Part shown: positions 24,672 to 32,654 of the stretch, in pieces | How the letters are laid out: each line of letters starts with the position of its first letter | How positions within the stretch are numbered: the first letter of the stretch is position 1 | Made by a program: the position numbers and the translations under genes | DNA from: Candidatus Omnitrophota bacterium | Lineage (GTDB): Bacteria; Omnitrophota; Gorgyraeia; Zapsychrales; Fredricksoniimonadaceae | Direction: 5' to 3' | Assembly (NCBI GenBank): GCA_023247575.1 | Contig: JAHFGE010000003.1 | Coordinates: forward strand, 24,940 to 66,597 | Length of the DNA stretch: 41,658 bases | The notes under the pieces: generated by a model | Told to the model about the DNA's origin: nothing | Seen by the model: the letters and a program-made list of their open reading frames with translations, nothing else | Database searches by the model: none

Positions 24672-24854
24672 ATGAAAAATGAAAAAGCCCAAAATGTGGT
24701 GGAATATATTTTGCTTGCTGTTGCCGTTATTTTAGTTTTCCTCATTCTTTTAAATCCTCAGGCTGGTCCCGTGAAACAATCCGTCAATGGTATGCTGTAT
24801 AGCACAGTCGACAAACTTCATAACATGACTCAGGAAATTAAAATTACCCCTTAA
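24672..24854 (+). CDS. small Flp/class-III-signal-peptide-like protein
   Basis: MKNEKAQ|NVVEYILLAVAVILVFLILL resembles the Flp-type prepilin motif (G/A-x-x-x-x-EY plus a hydrophobic helix). The protein is 60 aa. No Tad genes lie nearby. Confidence 0.4.
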   Translation: MKNEKAQNVVEYILLAVAVILVFLILLNPQAGPVKQSVNGMLYSTVDKLHNMTQEIKITP

Positions 24855-25276
24855 TGAAAATCAGCGCTTCCCATAAAGACTTGATCCGTCGCTATTTGCT
24901 TTGGGCGTATAAAACAACCAAAGAATCATTTGAACGCATTGAACGCAAGACCACCCAGCTCATGGTGGATGAGTATATATTAAAGGCATTAAAGCAAAAT
25001 ACTCGGTGCGAGGCAGCCGTACAGAAAGACTATCAAAAATTTATTGAGGAATTTGAACAATATATTGCCAGAAAGAAAGAAGATGAAGTTAAGCAGAAAT
25101 TTGCTGATGGTAGTAGAAAAGTTCTTCATCCTCAGTATATTTATTTAGAAAGGCGTTTGTTGGTTATTGAAGGGGCTATAAAATATTTTTTAGGCCCCGA
25201 TACGCTAAAAACGATGAAAGAGCTTTATGAGAAAGAATTTACCAATCGTATTCTCCAAGCTCGGGAACATACATAA
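24854..25276 (+). CDS. hypothetical cytoplasmic helical protein
   Basis: This 140-aa open frame has a TAATG overlap with the upstream gene and a charged, helical composition. I recognise no motif. Confidence 0.5.
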   Translation: MKISASHKDLIRRYLLWAYKTTKESFERIERKTTQLMVDEYILKALKQNTRCEAAVQKDYQKFIEEFEQYIARKKEDEVKQKFADGSRKVLHPQYIYLERRLLVIEGAIKYFLGPDTLKTMKELYEKEFTNRILQAREHT

Positions 25277-25715
25277 GGTACTCCTGCTTATATTGTTTTT
25301 TTTGATTTCGATAGTCTTTCCATCCCATGCCGCCATTGAAATTTATGCCGGAGGCAAGCACTTTGACTCTTTTGAAGATTATCAAGCAAGTCACCGGAGT
25401 AATTTATTAGATCATATGAAGCTTAGCGGCCCTATTCAAGAGAGCCGTCAGGCTCCATTTATTTCAAGGGAAGTTCGCCGAAAGTTAGACAAAATCAGTT
25501 ACAATAGTGGCGTGTATCATGTTATTGTAGACTTCCAACAGAATTGGCAGAATCCTAAACCTCGGTTTATTATGGATGCTCAGGAGCTTCAGGATGTGCT
25601 TCAAGAAACCATAGAAGGCCAACAGGGGCCGGTGCTTTTGATTTCCGACCCTAAGAAAATGCGGATTATGTCCTATTCTTCAAATTCAAATGTTGAGAAT
25701 AAACAGAAGCAGTAA
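25227..25715 (+). CDS. hypothetical secreted protein
   Basis: It has a signal peptide (VLLLILFFLISIVFPSHA|AIEIY) and is 162 aa. It overlaps the upstream ORF by 50 nt, so the start is uncertain. Confidence 0.5.
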   Translation: MRKNLPIVFSKLGNIHKVLLLILFFLISIVFPSHAAIEIYAGGKHFDSFEDYQASHRSNLLDHMKLSGPIQESRQAPFISREVRRKLDKISYNSGVYHVIVDFQQNWQNPKPRFIMDAQELQDVLQETIEGQQGPVLLISDPKKMRIMSYSSNSNVENKQKQ

Positions 25716-25729
25716 TTAAGGAGGGGTAT

Positions 25730-25909
25730 ATGGCTGAAGAAAAGAAGGAAGAAAGTTGTTCAACGAAGGGCGGCTGTGGTTGCTGTAGCGGAGTTAAACA
25801 GCTTATTATTGGGCTGCTTTTAGGGGCGTTGATTTTCGCCTTTGGCTATTTTGTCGCCCAGGGTGGATGTCCTTTCGGTTCTAAAATATGCCCATTGATG
25901 CAGCGTTAA
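25730..25909 (+). CDS. 59-aa Cys-rich small membrane protein (not in ORF track)
   Basis: A strong AAGGAGG RBS at 25717-25723 lies 6 nt before the ATG at 25730. The sequence is MAEEKKEESCSTKGGCGCCSGVKQLIIGLLLGALIFAFGYFVAQGGCPFGSKICPLMQR, with 7 Cys flanking one TM helix. Confidence 0.5.
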   Translation: MAEEKKEESCSTKGGCGCCSGVKQLIIGLLLGALIFAFGYFVAQGGCPFGSKICPLMQR

Positions 25910-27108
25910 AGGAAAAATTAGTACGGACGATTATCTTGGCCATCATTGGCTGGTATTTGCTCTTGATAGTCGTGCATTATTTTAACCAGCGCCCTTTATG
26001 GAATGATGAACAGTGTATTTTATTAAATATTCAGCAAATGAGGCCTTCGGATCTATTCCACAACCCTTTGCTTAGCTTGCAAGAGTTTCCCCGAACTTAT
26101 CTTTATATCATCCAGCAATTCTCCAGCCATTTTAATTTTCAATTATTGGCTTTACGTTTTTTTCCGTTTGGCAGTATGTTGACAGCTTTTTTTATTTGGA
26201 TTTATTTAGCCCAAAAGCAAATACCGTCTTTAATAGGCCTTTTAACGTTTTTTTTATGCTGGGCTGCCAGCGCACCTTTGATCTATTATGCAGCTGAATT
26301 GAAGCAATATTCTATGGACGTACTGGTAAGCTCTTTATTTCTACTTTTTTTGTATCATCAAAAAACTTTCCGAAAACATTTCTGCGGGCCAATATATGCG
26401 TTGATCTTATTGCTTCTTGCAGTTTCAGGGCTGTTGTCTTATCCTGCGTTCTTTTTTATGCCGCTACCTTTATATAACCTCTGGATGGATGCTAAAGAAG
26501 ATTCTCGCTGGCGGCCATTGGTATGGCTTTATCTGCTTAGTTGCCTCGGTTGTTTTCTCGCTGTTTACTATTTTGATTTTCGCGTTAGTACCAGCAATAT
26601 TGCTTCATTAAAAGTATATTGGAAAAATTATTTTATTTCTTTTGATTCCCCAGTACATTTTTTTAGAAGTGTGCAAGAAGGGTTAAATGGATTTATATCC
26701 CGCTGGTTTGTTGAAAAACCCAGATGGATCCGCATGGCCGCAAGATTTTTTGTGGGGATCGGCTTTCTGCGCCTTTTGCTGGGGGCTTGGCCTATATTTA
26801 AAAAAGAAGGATTGCATTTTATGAGTATTCACAGCATTGCGGGTATTGTTTTTTTAGAATATTTTATTCTAAGTGCCTTTAAAAATATTGCCTTCGGAGT
26901 TCCACGGGTCTCTTTATTTTTTGCTCCCATGCTTTTGTTTCTGACGGTTGATGCTCTCCAATGGCTTAAGCAGCACAATGGAGTTCTTTATGCGTTGGCA
27001 CAGTATCCTTTTTTAATTTATCTGCTCTACATATCCTTAGGCATTGCCAGGATGATTTTTGCGGGGGATTTGGGCGCAGAACCATTTATTTGGAGACAAA
27101 TAGTCTGA
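25888..27108 (+). CDS. polytopic membrane protein, possibly GT-C (ArnT/PMT-like) glycosyltransferase
   Basis: About 10 TM segments. The first loop, RPLWNDEQCILLNIQQM, resembles the DE-containing loop of the GT39/GT83 families. The assignment is weak. Confidence 0.45.
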   Translation: MPIDAALKEKLVRTIILAIIGWYLLLIVVHYFNQRPLWNDEQCILLNIQQMRPSDLFHNPLLSLQEFPRTYLYIIQQFSSHFNFQLLALRFFPFGSMLTAFFIWIYLAQKQIPSLIGLLTFFLCWAASAPLIYYAAELKQYSMDVLVSSLFLLFLYHQKTFRKHFCGPIYALILLLLAVSGLLSYPAFFFMPLPLYNLWMDAKEDSRWRPLVWLYLLSCLGCFLAVYYFDFRVSTSNIASLKVYWKNYFISFDSPVHFFRSVQEGLNGFISRWFVEKPRWIRMAARFFVGIGFLRLLLGAWPIFKKEGLHFMSIHSIAGIVFLEYFILSAFKNIAFGVPRVSLFFAPMLLFLTVDALQWLKQHNGVLYALAQYPFLIYLLYISLGIARMIFAGDLGAEPFIWRQIV

Positions 27109-27161
27109 CATTAATTTTGCGGTATGCTATACTTCTTTTAATATTTTAATAGGAGCAGGTT

Positions 27162-28697
27162 ATGCGTGCAGGAGTTATTGATATAGGATCATCAACGACT
27201 AAATTGCTTATCGGCGAGCGCCAGGGAGAAGATGTTAGAATTATAGAGTCCCTTAAAAACGCCGTGCCTTTAGGTCGCCATGCCTTTTTAAAACCTCGTA
27301 TCCCACAGACCATCATTAATCAAACCGCCTCTGTCTTACAAAAGTATAAAGAAACGCTTAAAGAATATGATGTTTCTGATGTCACTGTCATCGCCACCAC
27401 CGCTGTACGCGAGGCCCGTAATCAGGACATTTTTTTAGATACAGTTTTACGCAAGACTGGCTTTAAGATCGACGTACTTAATGTTGGTGATGTGGTGTAT
27501 TACATTGATTATTTCCTCTCTCATAAGCTCAAGAAAACCTATCCAGTGGATGAAAAGAATTTATTGATTGCTGAATTGGGCGCAGGAAGTCTTGACATGT
27601 CGGTGATGGAAAAAGGTCTAACCTTGGTCAATATTGGTTTTCCTGTCGGTACCCTTCGTTTATCTCAGTTTATGGAACATTTAGATGGCTCTATGCAGGA
27701 AATCCATGAGGCTACCGAAGAGTATATTGAGAATGAAATCCTGTTCTTGAAAAAGAATAATCCATCCTTGAAAATCGACGATATCATCTTGATCGATGAG
27801 AATTATTCCGTTTTTATTCAGAATATCCTGCCTAACAAACGTCGCGATTCGGATTTTTTTAAATTTAAATCGTCGGAGGCTCAGGAGTTTCTTTTACGTC
27901 TGCGCCAGATGAACTCGGAAGAAATTGCTAGGACCTATAATGTACCGCCTGATGTTGCCACGACCATCGTAGGTTTTGCCATCATTCTCAATACGCTTCT
28001 GAAAATTAATAAGAGCGAATATGTCTATATCCTGGAAGCTTCTTTATCCGAGGCTATCTTAGCCAACCAGCTTTTCCGTCTGGAAACTTCTGAGAAGACC
28101 GATAAGATAAGTCAGTTGGTTTCTGTGGCGCATTTTCTGTGTCGCAAATATGGCATGGATTTAGATCATCTCAAACACGTGGCCACCATAACACAACAAT
28201 TATTCGATGCTTTTAAGGACATTTTAGGCTTGGATCAGCAGGATCGTCTGTATTTAATTTTGGCGTCCTATTTGCACGATTTGGGTATGTTTATCAATAA
28301 TCGCTCTCACCACAAACACAGCGAATACATTATCAGCTCTTCCAATCTGTTTCGCCTGACAGAAGATGAGATTAATATCATTGCTTGCATTGCCCGCTAT
28401 CATCGACGGTCAGCACCTTTAAAGACCCACTTGGTTTATAACTCCTTATCTTCCCAGCAGCAGATTTTAGTCCAGAAACTCAGTGCGCTTTTGCGTATTG
28501 CCAATGCTTTGGATCGTTCGCATAAGCAAAAGGCCAAGGGTTTAGAAGTGAAGTTTAATGCTAGCGGTGACGCCACTATCATTGTTTACACCAACGAGAA
28601 TTTTTTATTGGAAAAAGAAAATTTTTTGGAGAAAAAGGAACTTTTTGAAGAAATTACTGGCAATCAATTGACGTTGGCGGTCAAAAGCCAGCAGTAG
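27162..28697 (+). CDS. ppx: exopolyphosphatase / Ppx-GppA family phosphatase with HD domain
   Basis: It has an actin-like ATPase fold start (MRAGVIDIGSSTTKLLIGE, AELGAGSLD) and a C-terminal HD region (YLHDLGMFIN.RSHHKHSEYII, ARYHRRS). The protein is 511 aa. Confidence 0.88.
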   Translation: MRAGVIDIGSSTTKLLIGERQGEDVRIIESLKNAVPLGRHAFLKPRIPQTIINQTASVLQKYKETLKEYDVSDVTVIATTAVREARNQDIFLDTVLRKTGFKIDVLNVGDVVYYIDYFLSHKLKKTYPVDEKNLLIAELGAGSLDMSVMEKGLTLVNIGFPVGTLRLSQFMEHLDGSMQEIHEATEEYIENEILFLKKNNPSLKIDDIILIDENYSVFIQNILPNKRRDSDFFKFKSSEAQEFLLRLRQMNSEEIARTYNVPPDVATTIVGFAIILNTLLKINKSEYVYILEASLSEAILANQLFRLETSEKTDKISQLVSVAHFLCRKYGMDLDHLKHVATITQQLFDAFKDILGLDQQDRLYLILASYLHDLGMFINNRSHHKHSEYIISSSNLFRLTEDEINIIACIARYHRRSAPLKTHLVYNSLSSQQQILVQKLSALLRIANALDRSHKQKAKGLEVKFNASGDATIIVYTNENFLLEKENFLEKKELFEEITGNQLTLAVKSQQ

Positions 28698-28722
28698 AGA
28701 CGCAGCAATGCTACGTCTGTAC
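28694..28722. repeat. GTAGAGACGCAGC-AAT-GCTACGTCTGTAC palindrome, second copy of the 3977 element
   Basis: It differs from copy 1 at 2 positions in the right arm. It overlaps the ppx stop codon (TAG, 28695-28697). Confidence 0.8.
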
Positions 28723-28735
28723 AACGAAAAGAATT

Positions 28736-30781
28736 ATGGAACTAAAAGATAAATTTATTCATAGAGACTTAAGCTGGCTGGAGTTTAACCGCCGAGTTTT
28801 GGAAGAAGCGGCGGATGAACGTAATCCCCTGTTGGAGCGCTTGAAATTTTTAAGTATTTTTAGCAGTAATCTGGACGAATTTTACATGGTGCGTTTGGCA
28901 GGGGCCAAGAAGCTCTTGGCCTCTGGTTTTAATCGTAAAGATCAATTCGGGTTTACTCCTCAGGAGATATTTGCCGAAGTTAAACTAAAAGCCGATAGCT
29001 TAGTCAAAGACCTTTACGATATTTATACCGGTTCACTCAAGGTAACCCTGGAGACTAACAGGATTTACCTAAAGACCATTGATCAGTTAAATGAGACCCA
29101 GAAAAAGTTTGTTAAACGTTTTTTTGATACCACGCTTTATCCCATCATTACGCCCATGGCGGTCGATCAAGGGCATCCTTTTCCTGACCTTCCTTCGAAA
29201 ACCATTGCTTTGGCTGTCTCCATTGTTCGCTTGGAGAAAAACCATTTAGCCTTGGTCCCTGTACCGAAATCTGTACCACGTCTACTTAAACTGCCTTCCG
29301 AAGGAGAAGACTTTGATTTCATCTTGATCGACCATTTGATTAAGGACAATCTGAAAGATTTTTTTAAAGGATATAAAATTCAAGCAGCCTCGGCCTTTCG
29401 CTTACTGCGTGATAGTGACATTGCTTTCGATGAGGAATTCGCGCCCAATTTACTTAAGGCTATGGAAAAGGAGTTGAAAAAACGTACAAGCGCTCAAACG
29501 GTTTACGTGCAGATGGAGCAGGCCCCGACCGTACTACCATCTGGGGAGGTGGCTAATGCCGAATTGGTTGATGTCCTCTGCAATGGACTTGGCTTCCCAA
29601 AAGAAGAAGTGGCTTTTGTCCCCCCTGATTTGGATTTGACGTTTTTTTATGAGATGGCTAATAGCATTGACCGGCCCGGAGGACGTTTTGATAGTTTCTC
29701 GCCAGTCAAAACTCCTTATGAAAATATTTTCGACAAAATCAAAGAAGAGGATTTTATCATTCACTTGCCTTTTCAATCCTTCTTTCCAACGGAGGATTTG
29801 GTGCAGACCTCTGCCAAAGATCCGGATGTACTGGCCATTAAAATGACGCTTTATCGTACTAATGAAGATTCTAATATTATTAAAGCGCTTATGGAAGCGG
29901 CTAAGCGACGCAAACAAGTCACGGCTGTGGTTGAGATCAAGGCTCGGTTTGAAGAAGAAAAGAACATTCAATGGGCCCGGGATCTGGAGCAGGCTGGTTG
30001 TCATGTCATTTACGGGATTGCTGGTTTAAAAATTCATTCCAAGATGACCTTAATTGTCCGTCGGGAAGAAGGACGCATCCGCCGGTATGTACACCTTTCT
30101 ACTGGTAATTACAATGAAAAGACAGCGCGCCTGTATACGGATATTGGATATTTTACTGCCAATGATGATTTCGCCCGCGATGTGGCTGACGTTTTTAACG
30201 TCATTACCGGTTATTCGCAACCCAGTCCCTGGAAGAGGGTTATTTCTTCGCCGTATGATTTACGCAAATACTTTTTAGATCTCATCGATCGCGAAATGGA
30301 GCATCAAAAAACTCATAAAAATGGCCTTATTACCGCTAAAATGAATTCTTTAGAAGACGTAGCTATGATTGAGAAGCTTTATGCAGCTTCCCAGGCGGGG
30401 GTTAAAATCCGGATGGTGGTACGAGGGATTTGCTGTTTGATTCCGGGGGTAGAGGGTTTAAGTGAGAATATTGAAGTGAGCAGTGTGGTTGGTCAATTTT
30501 TGGAGCATTCACGAATTTTTGTTTTTCACAATAACGGCACCCCAAGAATTTTTTTATCCTCGGCAGACTGGATGACGCGCAATTTCGACCGTCGCATTGA
30601 GTTGTTATTTGAAATTACTAAACCTGAAATTAAAACACACTTGCAATTCATATTAGATAATTATTTAAAGGATAGTTTTAAGGTGCGTATTTTGAAAAGT
30701 AATAAAATTTATACACGTTTATCAAAGGATCAGGCATCTTTTAGCGTTCAGGAATATTTTATTAAGCATTATACGAAATAA
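28736..30781 (+). CDS. ppk: polyphosphate kinase 1
   Basis: It carries FIHRDLSWLEFNRRVLEEAADERNPLLERLKFLSIFSSNLDEFYMVR plus two PLD-like domains (KIHSKMTLIVR, ..FLEHSRIF). The protein is 681 aa. Confidence 0.95.
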   Translation: MELKDKFIHRDLSWLEFNRRVLEEAADERNPLLERLKFLSIFSSNLDEFYMVRLAGAKKLLASGFNRKDQFGFTPQEIFAEVKLKADSLVKDLYDIYTGSLKVTLETNRIYLKTIDQLNETQKKFVKRFFDTTLYPIITPMAVDQGHPFPDLPSKTIALAVSIVRLEKNHLALVPVPKSVPRLLKLPSEGEDFDFILIDHLIKDNLKDFFKGYKIQAASAFRLLRDSDIAFDEEFAPNLLKAMEKELKKRTSAQTVYVQMEQAPTVLPSGEVANAELVDVLCNGLGFPKEEVAFVPPDLDLTFFYEMANSIDRPGGRFDSFSPVKTPYENIFDKIKEEDFIIHLPFQSFFPTEDLVQTSAKDPDVLAIKMTLYRTNEDSNIIKALMEAAKRRKQVTAVVEIKARFEEEKNIQWARDLEQAGCHVIYGIAGLKIHSKMTLIVRREEGRIRRYVHLSTGNYNEKTARLYTDIGYFTANDDFARDVADVFNVITGYSQPSPWKRVISSPYDLRKYFLDLIDREMEHQKTHKNGLITAKMNSLEDVAMIEKLYAASQAGVKIRMVVRGICCLIPGVEGLSENIEVSSVVGQFLEHSRIFVFHNNGTPRIFLSSADWMTRNFDRRIELLFEITKPEIKTHLQFILDNYLKDSFKVRILKSNKIYTRLSKDQASFSVQEYFIKHYTK

Positions 30782-30804
30782 GGAATTGTGACACATCTAC
30801 AACC

Positions 30805-31797
30805 ATGCATTACTACGTCGGCATTGACATTGGCGGTACCAAGATGGCGGCGGTTATGATGATGGATAGTGGCCGCATTATTTCTCGCCTTAAAGTATCC
30901 ACTCCAGATCAAGCAAACCCTAAAAATATTTTGGCTTGTTTAGTAACATTGATTGAGGAATTAAAATCATCTTCGTCGGTAAAATCCTCTGAAATTAAAG
31001 GTATTGGGGTGGGTGTCCCTGGTATTGTGGATACAGACAAGGGACACATTTTAGCCGCTCCCAATATACGTTTGACCGGTTTTCCTTTAAGTGAACATTT
31101 AAAAAAGAAATATAGAACCAAGATTATCCTAGCTAATGATGTCAATGCTGGTCTTTTAGGGGAAGCCTGGTTAGGGGCGGCTCGTGGTTTTAATCATGTG
31201 GTCGGTATTTTTCCCGGCACAGGAGTAGGGGGGGCTGCATTAGTCAATGGTCATTTGATTTTAGGTGCTCAAGGCGCTGCTACAGAGTTAGGTCATATGA
31301 TTATGCACATCAATGGGCCTTTATGCCATTGCGGCAACCGCGGCTGCTTGGAAGCCTTGACCAGCCGCTGGGCCATAGAGCGTGATATACGGGCTCTCAT
31401 TAAAAAGGGGCGTAAAAGCATCATCAAGGACCTTAATAAGGGCAGTTTAACCACTATTAAAAGCCGGGTGCTGAAGGAAGCTTTGCAAAAAAATGATAGA
31501 GTGGCCAAAACTGTTTTAAAGCAAGTGGCAGTGAGTTTAGGCCAGGCCTCGGTTTCCATTAATCATATTTTTAATCCTCAAGCCATTGTTTTGGGTGGAG
31601 GAGTGATCAAAGCCTGCGGGTTTTTTATGCTTCCTATTATAAAAAAGACGCTTCAAGCGGACCCTTTCTTTAAACGCTTCAATACCTGCCAGATCTTCCA
31701 ATCCAGCCTGGGGGATGATGCTGTGCCTTTAGGCGCGGTCCGATTGGTACAAACTACCAGCCGAAGGGATTTTACGATTCACCCTCTTGTCTTTTAG
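30805..31797 (+). CDS. glk: ROK family glucokinase
   Basis: It carries YVGIDIGGTKMAAV, NDVNAGLLGE, ELGHM and the ROK zinc motif CHCGNRGCLEA. Confidence 0.85.
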   Translation: MHYYVGIDIGGTKMAAVMMMDSGRIISRLKVSTPDQANPKNILACLVTLIEELKSSSSVKSSEIKGIGVGVPGIVDTDKGHILAAPNIRLTGFPLSEHLKKKYRTKIILANDVNAGLLGEAWLGAARGFNHVVGIFPGTGVGGAALVNGHLILGAQGAATELGHMIMHINGPLCHCGNRGCLEALTSRWAIERDIRALIKKGRKSIIKDLNKGSLTTIKSRVLKEALQKNDRVAKTVLKQVAVSLGQASVSINHIFNPQAIVLGGGVIKACGFFMLPIIKKTLQADPFFKRFNTCQIFQSSLGDDAVPLGAVRLVQTTSRRDFTIHPLVF

Positions 31798-31820
31798 GTT
31801 ATGGTCTACGGTCTTAAACC

Positions 31821-31870
31821 CCTGCCTGCTGGCAAGGCAGGTATGGTCTCCATATAAAAGAGACCATACC
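31821..31870. repeat. two stacked hairpins (CCTGCC-9-GGCAGG; GGTATGGTCTC-9-GAGACCATACC)
   Basis: I checked the inverted repeats base by base. The second stem is a perfect 11 bp (31840-31850 / 31860-31870). Confidence 0.75.
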
Positions 31871-31876
31871 CGCCTG

Positions 31877-31930
31877 GCCTGTCCGCCTCGGCGAGCCATA
31901 GGACAGGCATGGGGATTTTTTATTATTTTT
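31877..31930 (+). terminator. candidate intrinsic terminator downstream of glk
   Basis: The stem is GCCTGTCC (31877-84) / GGACAGGC (31901-08), with an inner CGCC-TC-GGCG. It is followed by the T-rich run ATGGGGATTTTTTATTATTTTT. Confidence 0.5.
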
Positions 31931-31958
31931 GACAACCCCGCAGGGAATAAACATTGAC

Positions 31959-31983
31959 AAGTATGCATTTATAATGCATACTT
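31959..31983. promoter_or_regulatory. perfect 25-bp palindrome AAGTATGCATT-TAT-AATGCATACTT abutting the vapB ATG; candidate VapB operator
   Basis: The 11-bp arms are exact reverse complements. It contains TATAAT (31970-75). The ATGCATA motif recurs at 31984-90. Confidence 0.55.
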
Positions 31984-32178
31984 ATGCATATGAGAACAAC
32001 ATTAATTCTTAACGAAGATATTTATAAAAAAGCAGCGGAGATGACTGGCGTCAAGGAGAAAACTGCCTTAATTCATATGGGACTGCAGACCTTGATTGCA
32101 CATGAGGCTGCCCGTCGTCTGGCTAAATTAGGTGGAAGCGAAAAACAGCTTAAAGCCATCCGTCGCCGTAGGTTTTAA
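31984..32178 (+). CDS. vapB: type II antitoxin, VapB family (DUF2191-like)
   Basis: (MH)MRTTLILNEDIYKKAAEMTGVKEKTALIHMGLQTLIA.EAARRLAKLGGSE is the typical VapB_antitoxin sequence. An alternative start is the ATG at 31990. Confidence 0.8.
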   Translation: MHMRTTLILNEDIYKKAAEMTGVKEKTALIHMGLQTLIAHEAARRLAKLGGSEKQLKAIRRRRF

Positions 32179-32179
32179 T

Positions 32180-32545
32180 ATGATCCTCGTAGACACCTCC
32201 GTGTGGATTTCCCACCTGCGACGGCATAATCAGCAACTGGATAATCTGCTGGGCTTTGAATTCGTTTTTTGCCATCCCTTGATTATTGGAGAGATTTCTT
32301 GTGGCCAGTTGAAAGAGCGGTCTTTAGTGTTGACTTTACTTGAGGAGTTGCCCCAGGCTTCTATTGTGACTCATCAGGAGGCTATGAATTTTATTGAACA
32401 TCATCATCTTATGGGACGCGGCCTGAGCTTTATTGACATACATCTTTTAGCGTCTTGCCAAATAACCAATCTTTCCCTTTGGACGGAAGATAAAATCCTG
32501 CAAAAAGTTGCCCACCAGCTTGGCTTGGCCTTTATTATAGTTTAA
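32180..32545 (+). CDS. vapC: type II toxin VapC, PIN-domain ribonuclease
   Basis: MILVDTSVWISHLR (Asp5), GEIS, FIDIHLLA and WTEDK supply the PIN acidic residues. The ATG at 32180 lies 1 nt after the vapB stop. The ORF-track start 32132 overlaps vapB. Confidence 0.85.
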   Translation: MILVDTSVWISHLRRHNQQLDNLLGFEFVFCHPLIIGEISCGQLKERSLVLTLLEELPQASIVTHQEAMNFIEHHHLMGRGLSFIDIHLLASCQITNLSLWTEDKILQKVAHQLGLAFIIV

Positions 32546-32580
32546 AAACCAAATTTTTTTGTACACCTCCTAAAAATAAA

Positions 32581-32608
32581 TTGTAATATTAGCAGGATTT
32601 GCTATAAT
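32581..32608 (+). promoter_or_regulatory. candidate sigma70 promoter with extended -10 (TTGTAA-16 nt-TGcTATAAT)
   Basis: The -35 TTGTAA is at 32581-86, TG at 32600-01 and the -10 TATAAT at 32603-08. It lies about 47 nt upstream of the ATG at 32655, the first gene of the glycogen cluster. Confidence 0.45.
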
Positions 32609-32654
32609 CATTTCCTCTTTTATCACTACCTATTGAATGACAAGAGGTTACAAG

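Noticed and set aside
31954-31975. TTGACA (31954-59) plus TATAAT (31970-75) as a canonical promoter for vapB.
   Set aside because: The spacer is only 10 nt. A second TTGACA at 31929-34 is 35 nt away. Only the -10 element and the palindrome are kept as observations.
32132-32179. Upstream extension of vapC overlapping vapB.
   Set aside because: The PIN domain starts at MILVDTSVW (ATG at 32180), 1 nt after the vapB stop. The extension is vapB read in another frame.
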